The notes under the pieces: generated by a model
What the model was told of the DNA's origin: nothing
Databases searched by the model: none
The model's input: the letters and a program-made list of their open reading frames with translations, nothing else
Part shown: piece after piece, positions 17,691-26,779 of the stretch
Numbering within the stretch: the stretch's first letter is position 1
Layout: each line of letters opens with the position of its first letter
Made by a program: the position numbers and the translations under genes
Source of the DNA: a virus
IMG/VR virus record: IMGVR_UViG_3300045988_166055
Location: 79,505 to 143,504 of that record
Length of the DNA: 64,000 nucleotides
Direction: 5' to 3' (one strand)

Positions 17691-17819
17691 ATGGACGAAA
17701 AGATTATTGATCAAATCAATCCAGAAACAACTGCTCCTGTGATTGAGAATGTTGATGACCTTCCCGAAAGTGCTGCTCAAGAGTTCACTGGAGGTAAGGG
17801 AGAAGAGGAGGCTGAGTAA
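17691..17819 (+). CDS. small acidic protein (42 aa), not in the ORF track
   Basis: ATG lies 7 nt after GGAGGT. Translation is MDEKIIDQINPETTAPVIENVDDLPESAAQEFTGGKGEEEAE, and its stop abuts the endolysin start. Confidence 0.45.
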   Translation: MDEKIIDQINPETTAPVIENVDDLPESAAQEFTGGKGEEEAE

Positions 17820-17820
17820 T

Positions 17821-19059
17821 ATGCCTAATTACACAAATAGCTCATTAGTTAACTACACTAAAATCAGCCCTATGCAGAGTGGAAGCAGAGTAAATTCCAG
17901 ATACAATCCTTCTGGTAAGATTACTGTTATCACTATTCATCATATGGCTGGTAACCTTTCTGTAGAAACTTGTGGAAATGTATTTCAGACAAGAGAAGCA
18001 TCCGCGAACTACGGTATTGGTTCTGATGGTCGTGTAGGAATGTATGTAGAAGAAAAGGATAGAGCTTGGACTTCTTCCAGTCCTTCAAACGATTATAAGG
18101 CAGTTACAATCGAGGTAGCTAACTGTGCATATGGTGATCCTTGGCCTGTTTCTTCTGCTGCATATGAGAAGCTGATCCTCCTTTGCGCAGATATTTGCAA
18201 ACGTAATGGAATTGATAAGCTGAACTACACTGGAGACACAACAGGTAACCTTACAATGCACTGCTGGTTTGCTGCTACTGCATGCCCTGGTCCTTATCTA
18301 AAGGCAAGATTCAGCGATATCGCAAATAGAGTAAATGCTATCTTAGATGCTTCAAAGCCTGATCCGACTCCTGTACCGTCAGGTAATCTAGCTGTTGGAG
18401 ATGTAGTTACCTTCGTAGGTGGTTCCCATTATTACAGCTCAGATGCGGCTTCTCCTGCATCTACAGATCTAAAGCCTGGTAAGGCTAAAGTTACAGCTAT
18501 TTACAAGAGCGGAAAGCATCCATATCACCTTATTCACACAGATAGCTCAACTTCTGTATATGGTTGGGTAGATGCATCAGCAATTAAGGAGCTGGAAGAG
18601 AAGCCGTCTACTCCGTCAACCGGTTCTTATGATGTTGGAGATGTTGTAAATTTCAAGGGTGGTAATCACTATTCAAGCGCAAATGCTTCTTCTCCTGCAT
18701 CTACCGGCCTAAAGGCAGGTCCTGCAAAGATCACGTATAAGGCTAACGGAGCACATCCTTATCACCTTGTTCATACAGATAATCAAACAAGCGTATATGG
18801 TTGGGTTGATGCTTCTCAGATCGAAGGCGCTTCTTCAGCACCTTCTGCCCCTTCTGTTGAAACATTCAATAAGGGAGATAAAGTAAAGATCAAGTTGTCT
18901 ACAACCAGATGGGTTGGCGGTGCGTCAATTCCTTCTTGGGTTAAGAATAGTCAGCTTTACATTTGTGGATTCAGAGATAGTGATCCTTGCGTCACAATCA
19001 ATTCTGATCTATCAGGTGTAACAGGTGTTCTTAAGACTTCCGATCTTTATCACAACTAA
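17821..19059 (+). CDS. endolysin: N-acetylmuramoyl-L-alanine amidase (Amidase_2/PGRP-like) with three SH3-like wall-binding repeats
   Basis: ITIHHMAGN...ASANYGIGSDGRVGMYVEE...TIEVAN. The repeat GDVV.F.GG.HY.S..AS.PAS..LK.G.AK.T....G.HPYHL.HTD..TSVYGWVDAS.I occurs twice, plus a third degenerate repeat. ATG 17821 follows a GGAGG RBS. Confidence 0.8.
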   Translation: MPNYTNSSLVNYTKISPMQSGSRVNSRYNPSGKITVITIHHMAGNLSVETCGNVFQTREASANYGIGSDGRVGMYVEEKDRAWTSSSPSNDYKAVTIEVANCAYGDPWPVSSAAYEKLILLCADICKRNGIDKLNYTGDTTGNLTMHCWFAATACPGPYLKARFSDIANRVNAILDASKPDPTPVPSGNLAVGDVVTFVGGSHYYSSDAASPASTDLKPGKAKVTAIYKSGKHPYHLIHTDSSTSVYGWVDASAIKELEEKPSTPSTGSYDVGDVVNFKGGNHYSSANASSPASTGLKAGPAKITYKANGAHPYHLVHTDNQTSVYGWVDASQIEGASSAPSAPSVETFNKGDKVKIKLSTTRWVGGASIPSWVKNSQLYICGFRDSDPCVTINSDLSGVTGVLKTSDLYHN

Positions 19060-19083
19060 TTAAGAACATCTGATGATATAAAG

Positions 19084-19116
19084 GCAGGGCATCGAAAGAT
19101 GCCCTGCTAATTTGTT
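19084..19116 (+). terminator. rho-independent terminator (GAAA tetraloop)
   Basis: GCAGGGCATC-GAAA-GATGCCCTGC followed by TAATTTGTT. Confidence 0.75.
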
Positions 19117-19118
19117 AT

Positions 19119-19139
19119 GAACCGTTATTATAATTGTAG
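19119..19139 (+). promoter_or_regulatory. class-1 promoter-like box (ACCGTTAT variant)
   Basis: GAACCGTTATTATAATTGTAG. Confidence 0.4.
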
Positions 19140-19183
19140 TAATTATTACTTACTGTATTTCAATAAATTAGGAGACAAATGAT

Positions 19184-19822
19184 ATGAAGAAAATGAGAAT
19201 TTCAGCGTTTGTTGTATTTATCATTGGAATGGTCGCTATTATTATTCATATGCTTACTTTGAACACATCTTCTAAGATGGAACCTAAAGATGTAACAGCT
19301 CCAAAAGAAGATAAGTTATCTACTGAAATAACTAATACTCCTGATAATGATTATCCGGTTGCGCAACTTGTAAATAATGAAAGTAATTTTAATTATTCAG
19401 TAAATAAATCGAAGTCTGAGTCAGAAATTGATGATATCATTGAACCATTTATCTTACTTACCGAAGAAGAAAAGCGAGACTTTTCTGCACTAGTTTATCT
19501 AGAAGCTGGAGGGGAGTCTTATGAATGCATGAAAACTGTTGCAAGCGTTATTGTTAACAGAATGATAAACAATGATCTTTCTCTTTACGATGTTATATAT
19601 GCTACTAATCAGTTTGAGCCTGCTGAAAATATTCCGTACACTGATCCTTCTGAAGAAGCAATACAAGCAGTGAACGAAATTGTTCAGAATGGTCCGTGCG
19701 TTCCTAAAAATGTAACTTTCTTCAGAGCAAGCTACTACCATAATTGGAGCGATCTTATTCAGCCTTACACCGTTATTGATAATACATATTTCTCTTACGA
19801 TGTTAGAATTGAGGTGGATTGA
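19184..19822 (+). CDS. SleB/CwlJ-family cell-wall hydrolase with N-terminal signal-anchor
   Basis: N-terminal transmembrane segment ISAFVVFIIGMVAIIIHML, then LVYLEAGGESYECMKTVASVIVNRM...ATNQFEP, the Hydrolase_2 pattern. Confidence 0.65.
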   Translation: MKKMRISAFVVFIIGMVAIIIHMLTLNTSSKMEPKDVTAPKEDKLSTEITNTPDNDYPVAQLVNNESNFNYSVNKSKSESEIDDIIEPFILLTEEEKRDFSALVYLEAGGESYECMKTVASVIVNRMINNDLSLYDVIYATNQFEPAENIPYTDPSEEAIQAVNEIVQNGPCVPKNVTFFRASYYHNWSDLIQPYTVIDNTYFSYDVRIEVD

Positions 19823-20178
19823 GATTGTTGTTCACTGTAATTGGTCCGGATGGGAATCCTAAGATGGTAACAGAATATCGTGAATGTATATACGATATAG
19901 AACAACTTGAGAGTATGGCTTCAGCAGGATGTAAATTCAAGTTGAATGATAAGCTAGTTTCTTTAAGTAATTTGAAGAAAGAGTTGGAATCTTCTTCTGA
20001 TAGTATTGAAAAGATTTCTACTAGTAGATCAATTATTCTTTGCTTGGAAACTGGAGATAAGTTCAATAAGCAATCAGAAGCTGCAAAAGCATTAGGAATT
20101 GATCCAGCATCAGTATCAGATAGTTTGAAAACAGGGCGGAAAAGAGCAGGATATACATTCACTCGTGTTGAGGTGTAA
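19819..20178 (+). CDS. small DNA-binding protein (NUMOD1-like HTH at C-terminus)
   Basis: FNKQSEAAKALGIDPASVSDSLKTGRKRAGYTF. The start is one of TTG 19819, 19825 or 19828. Confidence 0.4.
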   Translation: MRLLFTVIGPDGNPKMVTEYRECIYDIEQLESMASAGCKFKLNDKLVSLSNLKKELESSSDSIEKISTSRSIILCLETGDKFNKQSEAAKALGIDPASVSDSLKTGRKRAGYTFTRVEV

Positions 20179-20179
20179 T

Positions 20180-22015
20180 ATGATCAGCATTACTCAAGTA
20201 GGAAATCTCTACAACATTTCATTCAAATATGACCCAGAATTAGTAGATATGATCAAGAAGGTTCCGGGCAAGTCTTGGAACCCTGTTGAGAAATATTGGA
20301 CAATTGAAAAAAGCAAACTTGGGTTCTTCATGAATCAGATAAAGGGTACTAGATTTGAAAATCAAGTGAACCTTCAAAGTAATGAAGACATTGGAAAGAA
20401 TGACACTTTAGATAAAACTTCACATATTCCCAATATTGATATTTCAAATGTCCCATTCTATGTTAAGAATGGGTCAAAACCTTATCAGCATCAGCTTGAC
20501 TTCATGAAATACGCTATTGATAGACAGCAGAGAGGATACAGAAGCGGATTTCTTTGTGCGGATGAGCCTGGACTAGGAAAAACAATAGAGAGCATTAACC
20601 TCGCTATGTTCAATAGAAATTATAATAATTTCAATCATTGCCTTATCATATGCAACATAAACACATCTAAATATAACTGGGAACAGGAAGTATCTGAGCA
20701 CACAAACGGAAAAATGTTTGGATATCTCCTCGGGTCTAGAATGAAGAAGAAAAGAGGAACAAAAAAGAAAAGAAGGGTTGTATGCGGTACAAAAGAGAAG
20801 TATGAAGACCTGATGACTTTGCACATATATAGTGACGATAACGAACCTGAACTTCCGTATTTCATCATAATGAATGTAGAAACTCTTAGAATGAAAGAAG
20901 GGAAACGCTATCCTATTACAGAGAGACTGATTGAAATGATCAATTCAGGATTTATAAATATGATAGTTATTGACGAAATACATAAGAACATGTCACCTAC
21001 TTCTATTCAAGGAAAGCAGATTCTTAAAATAAAAGATAAAACAGGTTCTAGATGTATTTGGTTGCCGCTTACAGGTACACCTATTGTTAACAAGCCTACT
21101 GATGTCTTCTTACCAATGAAGCTTATAGACGCTCATAATTTTTCAAGCTACTACAAATGGTGTCAAGAGTTTTGCGTTTACGGTGGATATGGTGATGTTG
21201 AAATAGTAGCTTACAAGAATATTCCAAGAATGAAGATCATGCTTCAGCAAAATATGATCAGGCGCTTGAAGAAAGATGTACTAGACCTTCCGGATAAGAT
21301 TCATTTTGATATATTTGTAGAGAATACAAAATATCAAGAAAAGCTTGCTGACGAAGTAACTGCTGAGCTATATGCACACGCAGGAGAAATTTCTAATTCA
21401 ATGAACCCAATGGTGAAATTTTTGAAACTTCGTCAGGTGAATGGATCACCAGAATTAGTTGACCAGTCTTTGAAGGTGAACAGTCAGTATATCAAATATA
21501 ATGCTAAGCTTCAGAAGCTATTTGAATTGTTAGAAGAGATTCATGACCGCGGTGAAAAGGTAGTTATTTTTTCTAATTGGGTTGAACCTTTAAGGACCTT
21601 GTATAGATTCGTATCAACTAAATATAAAGTTTGTTGCTTTACAGGTACTATGTCTGAAGTAGAGAGGCAGAAACATAAGAGGGTTTTCTTAACAAACCCC
21701 GAGTACACTGTAATGGTTGGAACTATCGGTGCATTAGGAACAACCCATACTTTAACTTCTGCAAACAACGTTATATTCTATGATGAGCCTTGGACCTACA
21801 CAGACAAGCTTCAAGCAGAAGATAGATGCCACAGAGTAGGAACAAACTCATCTGTAAACATATATACATTGCTTTCAAAAGATACAGTAGATGAAAGAGT
21901 TCATGATATTGTATACGGAAAGAAAGATGTTGCAGGATACATTGTAGACAACAAACTTGATTTTAGAAACAATCCAGACCTTGTTTACAAATTACTTGGA
22001 AAAGATAAGGAGTAG
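20180..22015 (+). CDS. SNF2-family helicase/ATPase
   Basis: LCADEPGLGKT (motif I), VIDEIHKN (motif II), and a helicase-C region ...NVIFYDEPWTYTDKLQAEDRCHRVGT. Confidence 0.8.
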   Translation: MISITQVGNLYNISFKYDPELVDMIKKVPGKSWNPVEKYWTIEKSKLGFFMNQIKGTRFENQVNLQSNEDIGKNDTLDKTSHIPNIDISNVPFYVKNGSKPYQHQLDFMKYAIDRQQRGYRSGFLCADEPGLGKTIESINLAMFNRNYNNFNHCLIICNINTSKYNWEQEVSEHTNGKMFGYLLGSRMKKKRGTKKKRRVVCGTKEKYEDLMTLHIYSDDNEPELPYFIIMNVETLRMKEGKRYPITERLIEMINSGFINMIVIDEIHKNMSPTSIQGKQILKIKDKTGSRCIWLPLTGTPIVNKPTDVFLPMKLIDAHNFSSYYKWCQEFCVYGGYGDVEIVAYKNIPRMKIMLQQNMIRRLKKDVLDLPDKIHFDIFVENTKYQEKLADEVTAELYAHAGEISNSMNPMVKFLKLRQVNGSPELVDQSLKVNSQYIKYNAKLQKLFELLEEIHDRGEKVVIFSNWVEPLRTLYRFVSTKYKVCCFTGTMSEVERQKHKRVFLTNPEYTVMVGTIGALGTTHTLTSANNVIFYDEPWTYTDKLQAEDRCHRVGTNSSVNIYTLLSKDTVDERVHDIVYGKKDVAGYIVDNKLDFRNNPDLVYKLLGKDKE

Positions 22016-22021
22016 TGAATA

Positions 22022-22825
22022 ATGAAAATTACATCGGCAAAAAGAGATGATATTCTAAAGCGTAAATCTGAATACGACGCAGATAGAGCCAGCAGGCAGG
22101 CTAAGTATGACAAGCAGTATGAATCTTTCAGAGACGAAGATTGGAGTCGTCAGTCTAAGATAGTTGCTGACATTCGTGGAGCTATTGGAGATACATCTCT
22201 AAATATTGATATTGATGTAAGAAGCACATTTTCCGATAACTACGAAGTAGTTGTATCCGACGAAGATGATAAGTTCAACCCAGATAAATCACTTTCATGG
22301 AATTGGCGAGTTACTCTTGATAAAAATGGTGAGGTAAAGAAAGAGTCTTCTTCTTGGTCAGGACTGAAAGCAGTTACTGCTAAGAATCTGTCTAACCTTA
22401 AAGAGATTGTTAGAATTCTAGAAATTCTAAACAAGATTGACTTCAAGATGCTTCTTGAAGAAGTCACACCTCCTAACTATCAAGACTACATAACCGAGAA
22501 GAATCCTAAGTACGAAACAGCTCCCGATTTTGATAGAGAGCTTATGGAAGCTGATATTGAAGATTCTATTGGAGATCGAAAAGGTATTTTAGGAACAGGA
22601 AGTAAATTCTACCGTGGTAATGTTTATCATTTTATTATGAAGGAAACACCGTCCAGCTATACAATGTGGGACATTCCTGCATACTATGTAGAAACCAACG
22701 ACGGATCTCTATCTGATCTCTTTGAAAAGTATTCTGGAAAACGCAATGAATATAAGTATACTATGAGAAAAGATAAATTCTTTGAAACAATTGAACAACC
22801 TATTAAGATTGTAGATTTTAATTGA
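22022..22825 (+). CDS. hypothetical protein
   Basis: 267-aa ORF. Confidence 0.5.
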   Translation: MKITSAKRDDILKRKSEYDADRASRQAKYDKQYESFRDEDWSRQSKIVADIRGAIGDTSLNIDIDVRSTFSDNYEVVVSDEDDKFNPDKSLSWNWRVTLDKNGEVKKESSSWSGLKAVTAKNLSNLKEIVRILEILNKIDFKMLLEEVTPPNYQDYITEKNPKYETAPDFDRELMEADIEDSIGDRKGILGTGSKFYRGNVYHFIMKETPSSYTMWDIPAYYVETNDGSLSDLFEKYSGKRNEYKYTMRKDKFFETIEQPIKIVDFN

Positions 22826-22833
22826 GGTGAATT

Positions 22834-23061
22834 ATGAAGAAGCTAAGAAGAATTACAGCTGCTTCTGAGGATAAGATGTCAGAAGAATTAGACAATCAGA
22901 TTGACTCACTAAAAGACGATTTTGATTATGCTATTGATGGCTTGAGTAAGCTAGGAAGAATGGGTGTCAACGCGTCAAATGATGCAATGGCGATTGCTGA
23001 AAACTTTCACAATTCTCTTCAAACTATTATAAACGATATTGCTAATAAGGTGGTTGAGTAA
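22834..23061 (+). CDS. hypothetical small helical protein
   Basis: 75-aa ORF with a GAGGTG RBS. Confidence 0.5.
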   Translation: MKKLRRITAASEDKMSEELDNQIDSLKDDFDYAIDGLSKLGRMGVNASNDAMAIAENFHNSLQTIINDIANKVVE

Positions 23062-23062
23062 T

Positions 23063-24343
23063 ATGGCTAAAAGAACACACGGCACTCCAGAGCAATTCTT
23101 AAACGCTCTTGAAAACAAGATAAACGAACTTGGTGGATACGATGTAGACAGCGCAACTAACATATCTAACATTCCTTCAAAGCCAGAAATGAAGAATGTA
23201 AAGTCATCTGAAATGAACATTGACAAAGAGAGATATCTTCATAATCTGATCGGCGATCTAGAACTAGATCTTGAAGATTTAGTACAAGGATTTACTGCTG
23301 ACTACGAAGACGATAACCTGTATGTTACTGTTGAAACATTCGACGGAAATACTAGAGAGTACAAAGTCCCGTTTTCTGATCTTAACTGGGATTTCAGATC
23401 AATGGATACAGATGTTGCATATATTTCTGATCACATTGCAGAAGACTTAGATCTCGACCCTACTTCTGACTTAGATTATGACGAGGACGAAGATGTATAT
23501 GCTGAAGGATCTACTTGGGATGAGTTCATAAAAAATCTGGAAGAGAATAATGAAGTTAAAGTAGATGCAGCTTATCGGTATAAGTATACAGGAGACAAAA
23601 TCATCTTTTACAGAAATAACCAAGCATTTGAAGGCGAAGTAACTGAATATTTTAACGGAGACTATGAGCTCATGAAGTATAATGTTCACAAGATTAGATC
23701 TATAAAGAACTCTACTTCTGTAAATTCATCAAAAGAAGCTAAAGCTGAATATAAAGATAGAAGAGGGTATAAGTATACTGAGAAAGAACTTCGAAGAATT
23801 CTTGAAGATCAGCGTGACTTGTATCCAGGTGTTTCATACGAAAACTGGATAAAGACTAACATAGACGAGGGACAGTTGTTCCCAATAAAAGAAGCTATTA
23901 GCTTTGAAGAAAATGATGATGAAGTTATGTCTTCTAAAGATTACTTCATTAAACGAAATAATGATTACGAAAGAATTGAAGACAAAGTAGAGGCAGAGGT
24001 AATAAAGAAGCTGGAATCTCAAGGAGTAGACACAGATTCAACTGAAGCAGGATTCTTCCTAGATCGTGCTGTTGATCTGATAATGCAGCAGGATAATCCA
24101 GATGTTGAGTATTGGTGGAAGAAATTGATGAAGGAGTATAAGGAAGACGTTGACGAACTTCCTCATAGAAACAATAAGAAGAATTCCACTAATTATAATG
24201 ATAGAAAATATTTAGATCAAGATGGCGAAGAATATACAATGTCTGAGTTGAAAGAAATTTTCAAAAATGAGTATCATCCCGATATTTCATTTGATGAATG
24301 GATGAGTGAATCACTCGAAAATGGATATCTTTTCGAGTCTTAA
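23063..24343 (+). CDS. hypothetical acidic protein with internal repeats
   Basis: ATG 23063 follows GGTGG. YTEKELRRILEDQ...YENWIKTNIDEGQLF recurs as YTMSELKEIFKNE...FDEWMSESLENGYLF. Confidence 0.5.
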   Translation: MAKRTHGTPEQFLNALENKINELGGYDVDSATNISNIPSKPEMKNVKSSEMNIDKERYLHNLIGDLELDLEDLVQGFTADYEDDNLYVTVETFDGNTREYKVPFSDLNWDFRSMDTDVAYISDHIAEDLDLDPTSDLDYDEDEDVYAEGSTWDEFIKNLEENNEVKVDAAYRYKYTGDKIIFYRNNQAFEGEVTEYFNGDYELMKYNVHKIRSIKNSTSVNSSKEAKAEYKDRRGYKYTEKELRRILEDQRDLYPGVSYENWIKTNIDEGQLFPIKEAISFEENDDEVMSSKDYFIKRNNDYERIEDKVEAEVIKKLESQGVDTDSTEAGFFLDRAVDLIMQQDNPDVEYWWKKLMKEYKEDVDELPHRNNKKNSTNYNDRKYLDQDGEEYTMSELKEIFKNEYHPDISFDEWMSESLENGYLFES

Positions 24344-24346
24344 CTG

Positions 24347-24823
24347 ATGGGAAACGACGGCCTTGGAAAGAAAGCTGAACAAAAGCTTCGTGTTTGGTTA
24401 GATAGACCTGAAGATGGGTTCAGCTTTGAGAGACTTCCAGATCAGTTATCAGGGTTCTATGGAAGTAAAAATAAATGCGATTTCATAGTTTTCAAATCTC
24501 CATATATGATTTATCTAGAAAGCAAAAGTACTTGGGAAGATAGATTTGATTTTTCAATGATATCTGATTATCAGTATGAAAGCCTTTTAGATAGATCGAA
24601 AATAGAAAATGTTTTTGGATATGTAGCAATCTTATTTGCTACATACAAGAGATGCTTTCTTATTGATGTTAATCAAATAGCTAAACTAAAAAGCGAAGGA
24701 AAAAAATCTATCAACATAAATAAGATAGATAAGTGGAATTTCAAATATTCTGAGATTCCTACATTACCAAGCAAAAAGCAGCTACTTGATTATGTGGGAA
24801 ACATAGTAGATTTAATCAATTGA
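24347..24823 (+). CDS. RecU-like Holliday-junction resolvase (PD-(D/E)XK)
   Basis: GKKAEQKL...CDFIVFKSPYMIYLESKST...FDFSMISDYQYESL follows the RecU D...E.K and HQ-like layout. Confidence 0.5.
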   Translation: MGNDGLGKKAEQKLRVWLDRPEDGFSFERLPDQLSGFYGSKNKCDFIVFKSPYMIYLESKSTWEDRFDFSMISDYQYESLLDRSKIENVFGYVAILFATYKRCFLIDVNQIAKLKSEGKKSININKIDKWNFKYSEIPTLPSKKQLLDYVGNIVDLIN

Positions 24824-24839
24824 ACCTTATATCGTATTA
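24822..24839 (+). promoter_or_regulatory. class-2 promoter-like box
   Basis: GAACCTTATATCGTATTA, followed by AAGTATGTAAG, which resembles the 3' part of class-1 boxes. Confidence 0.45.
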
Positions 24840-24867
24840 CAAATAAGTATGTAAGGAGACGATTCAA

Positions 24868-25134
24868 ATGGGTTTTGAATTTGCAACATTCGCAGCAATT
24901 ACAGTTCTTGCTTATCTTGTTGGTATCGCCGTAAAGGCTTCTTCACTCGACAGCAAGTGGATTCCTGTAATTGTAGGTGCTTTCGGACTTATCGTTGGTG
25001 TAGCTGCTTTCTACATTGGAACTCCTGAGTTCCCTGCAAACGATCCTATTACTGCTGCTGCAGTTGGCGTCGCTTCTGGGCTTGCTGCAACTGGTATCAA
25101 CCAGGCGGTTAAGCAGCTATCAAGCAAGGAATAA
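24868..25134 (+). CDS. holin (SPP1/phage_holin_4-like, 2-3 transmembrane segments)
   Basis: 88 aa, with two or three hydrophobic helices and a charged C-terminus (KQLSSKE). The DSKWIPVIVG pattern is typical of this holin family. Confidence 0.55.
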   Translation: MGFEFATFAAITVLAYLVGIAVKASSLDSKWIPVIVGAFGLIVGVAAFYIGTPEFPANDPITAAAVGVASGLAATGINQAVKQLSSKE

Positions 25135-25234
25135 GCTGATACCATAGCGCCCAGTGGTGTCAGCCAGGCGTGTTCATGGTTTTCATAAAGTACCTCCTTT
25201 CTTTAGGGTAGGCAGGATCTCACGGTCCTGCCTA
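25135..25234 (+). terminator. tandem hairpins downstream of the holin gene
   Basis: GCTGATACCA 25135-44 pairs with TGGTGTCAGC 25155-64. TAGGCAGGA 25209-17 pairs with TCCTGCCTA 25226-34 and is followed by TTCCTATG. Confidence 0.55.
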
Positions 25235-25251
25235 TTCCTATGTTTACTTAA

Positions 25252-25267
25252 GAATCGTTATTGTAAT
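25252..25267 (+). promoter_or_regulatory. class-1 promoter-like box
   Basis: GAATCGTTATTGTAAT, identical to the copies at 8742 and 62193. Confidence 0.55.
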
Positions 25268-25290
25268 CATAAGAAAAGGAGGTATTCACT

Positions 25291-26187
25291 ATGGCAGCAA
25301 CTTATAAGCCGTTTTCTGAATTCAAATATTGGTTCATAAGAGATAATGAAGAAAATGTCAGTGTTTTCAGATCTTCTGATAAGAAGAAGATTGGATTCAT
25401 GACAATTGATCCATCCGATGTAGATGTTTCAATGACAAAAGATAACAAATGGTTTCTTCCTTATCACGAAGCAGTAGTATCTGATGACATCTCAGAAAAT
25501 GAAGTTGTTTGTTCCTACAATGACTGGATCAATCGTCCTGAGTACTTTGTAGGCTGTTATAATCAGCCTATCATTGACGGAATGAGCAACTATTCTAGAC
25601 GAGAGGTATACATCAATATCCTAAGAGGGTGCTGCTACATTAGAGTTTACAACAATGGAAGAGATCCGGACACATGTCAGGATGCTGTAGATAGAATTGT
25701 AGCTTGGCTTGACGAAACAGATTTCTTTACAGCACCCGCATCTACTCGATTCCACGAATCGTTTGAAGGTGGTCTTCTTTATCACACTTTGAAAGTATAC
25801 AATCAAATTGTTGATCTTATGAAAGTAACCAAGTTCAGCAAAGTTGGTGTTGCAAGTGCTGCTCTTGTAGCTCTTGTTCACGACTGGTGTAAGATCAACC
25901 TTTACTCTCCATATAAGAAGAATGTAAAGAATCAAGAAAACGGTCAGTGGGAACAGGTAGATGCATATAATAGAGGAAGTTACGAATTTCCTCATGGTCA
26001 GCAGTCTCTTGAAGTAGCAAGATGCTTCTTCAAATTCACCCAGGAGGAAAAGCTTGCAATTACTCATCATATGGGACACTGGTATTGTCATCCTTCAGAA
26101 GAGAGTTGCTTGCAAACATCAAATGAAAGATATCCGCTTGTTCATATGTTGCAGTTTGCTGATCAGCTAGCAATTACCTCTTACTAA
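25291..26187 (+). CDS. HD-domain phosphohydrolase
   Basis: RFHESFEGGLLYHTL ... LVHDWCK ... HHMGH ... FADQLA gives the H...HD...D arrangement. Confidence 0.6.
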   Translation: MAATYKPFSEFKYWFIRDNEENVSVFRSSDKKKIGFMTIDPSDVDVSMTKDNKWFLPYHEAVVSDDISENEVVCSYNDWINRPEYFVGCYNQPIIDGMSNYSRREVYINILRGCCYIRVYNNGRDPDTCQDAVDRIVAWLDETDFFTAPASTRFHESFEGGLLYHTLKVYNQIVDLMKVTKFSKVGVASAALVALVHDWCKINLYSPYKKNVKNQENGQWEQVDAYNRGSYEFPHGQQSLEVARCFFKFTQEEKLAITHHMGHWYCHPSEESCLQTSNERYPLVHMLQFADQLAITSY

Positions 26188-26199
26188 AGGATGATATAG

Positions 26200-26727
26200 A
26201 TGACAGACGCCCAGGAGAAGCTAATAGTTGATAATTATCAACTTGTACATGGATTTGTTCATAAGTATGGCCAATCATTTGGTCATGAATATGATGAATC
26301 TGTACAGATAGCTTCTCTTGGGCTTTGTTATGCAGCTCTAAAGTATGATGAAACAAAATCAAAGTTTTCAACTTATGCTTATCAATGTATGATGAGAGAA
26401 TTCTTGAAACTAGAAAGATTGAAGAAAGCAAAGCGGAGAGACTTCTCAACTATTTCAATTCAAACTCCTATTCAAAATGTAAAAGGTGAAGAGTCTGGTT
26501 GTCTTGAGGACATTATTTCATATGATGAATTAGGATTCCAAGAAATAGAAATAAAGGATCAAATCGAATACGCACTGTCTAGATTCAGTGGAAAACAATT
26601 AGAAATAGTTAAATATTTCATAGAAAACGGAAAATGTAATCAAAAGACTGTAGCTAAATTATTTGGAGTATCTCAATCATACATATCTAGAATACTTAGA
26701 AGGTTCAAAAATCTAATAGAATATTAA
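26200..26727 (+). CDS. phage-encoded sigma-70-family sigma factor
   Basis: Region 2-like YDESVQIASLGLCYAALKYDETKSKFSTYAYQCMMREF. Region 4.2 HTH: QKTVAKLFGVSQSYISRILRR. Confidence 0.75.
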   Translation: MTDAQEKLIVDNYQLVHGFVHKYGQSFGHEYDESVQIASLGLCYAALKYDETKSKFSTYAYQCMMREFLKLERLKKAKRRDFSTISIQTPIQNVKGEESGCLEDIISYDELGFQEIEIKDQIEYALSRFSGKQLEIVKYFIENGKCNQKTVAKLFGVSQSYISRILRRFKNLIEY

Positions 26728-26730
26728 TGA

Positions 26731-26748
26731 GAACCTTGTATACTCATG
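26731..26748 (+). promoter_or_regulatory. class-2 promoter-like box
   Basis: GAACCTTGTATACTCATG, immediately after the sigma factor gene. Confidence 0.5.
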
Positions 26749-26779
26749 AGTTAAGCTCTTGAAATAAGGAGGTATATTT

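Noticed and set aside
25154-25339. 61-aa ORF between the holin and HD-hydrolase genes
   Set aside because: It spans two terminator-like hairpins and a class-1 promoter box, has no RBS, and overlaps the start of the real downstream gene.
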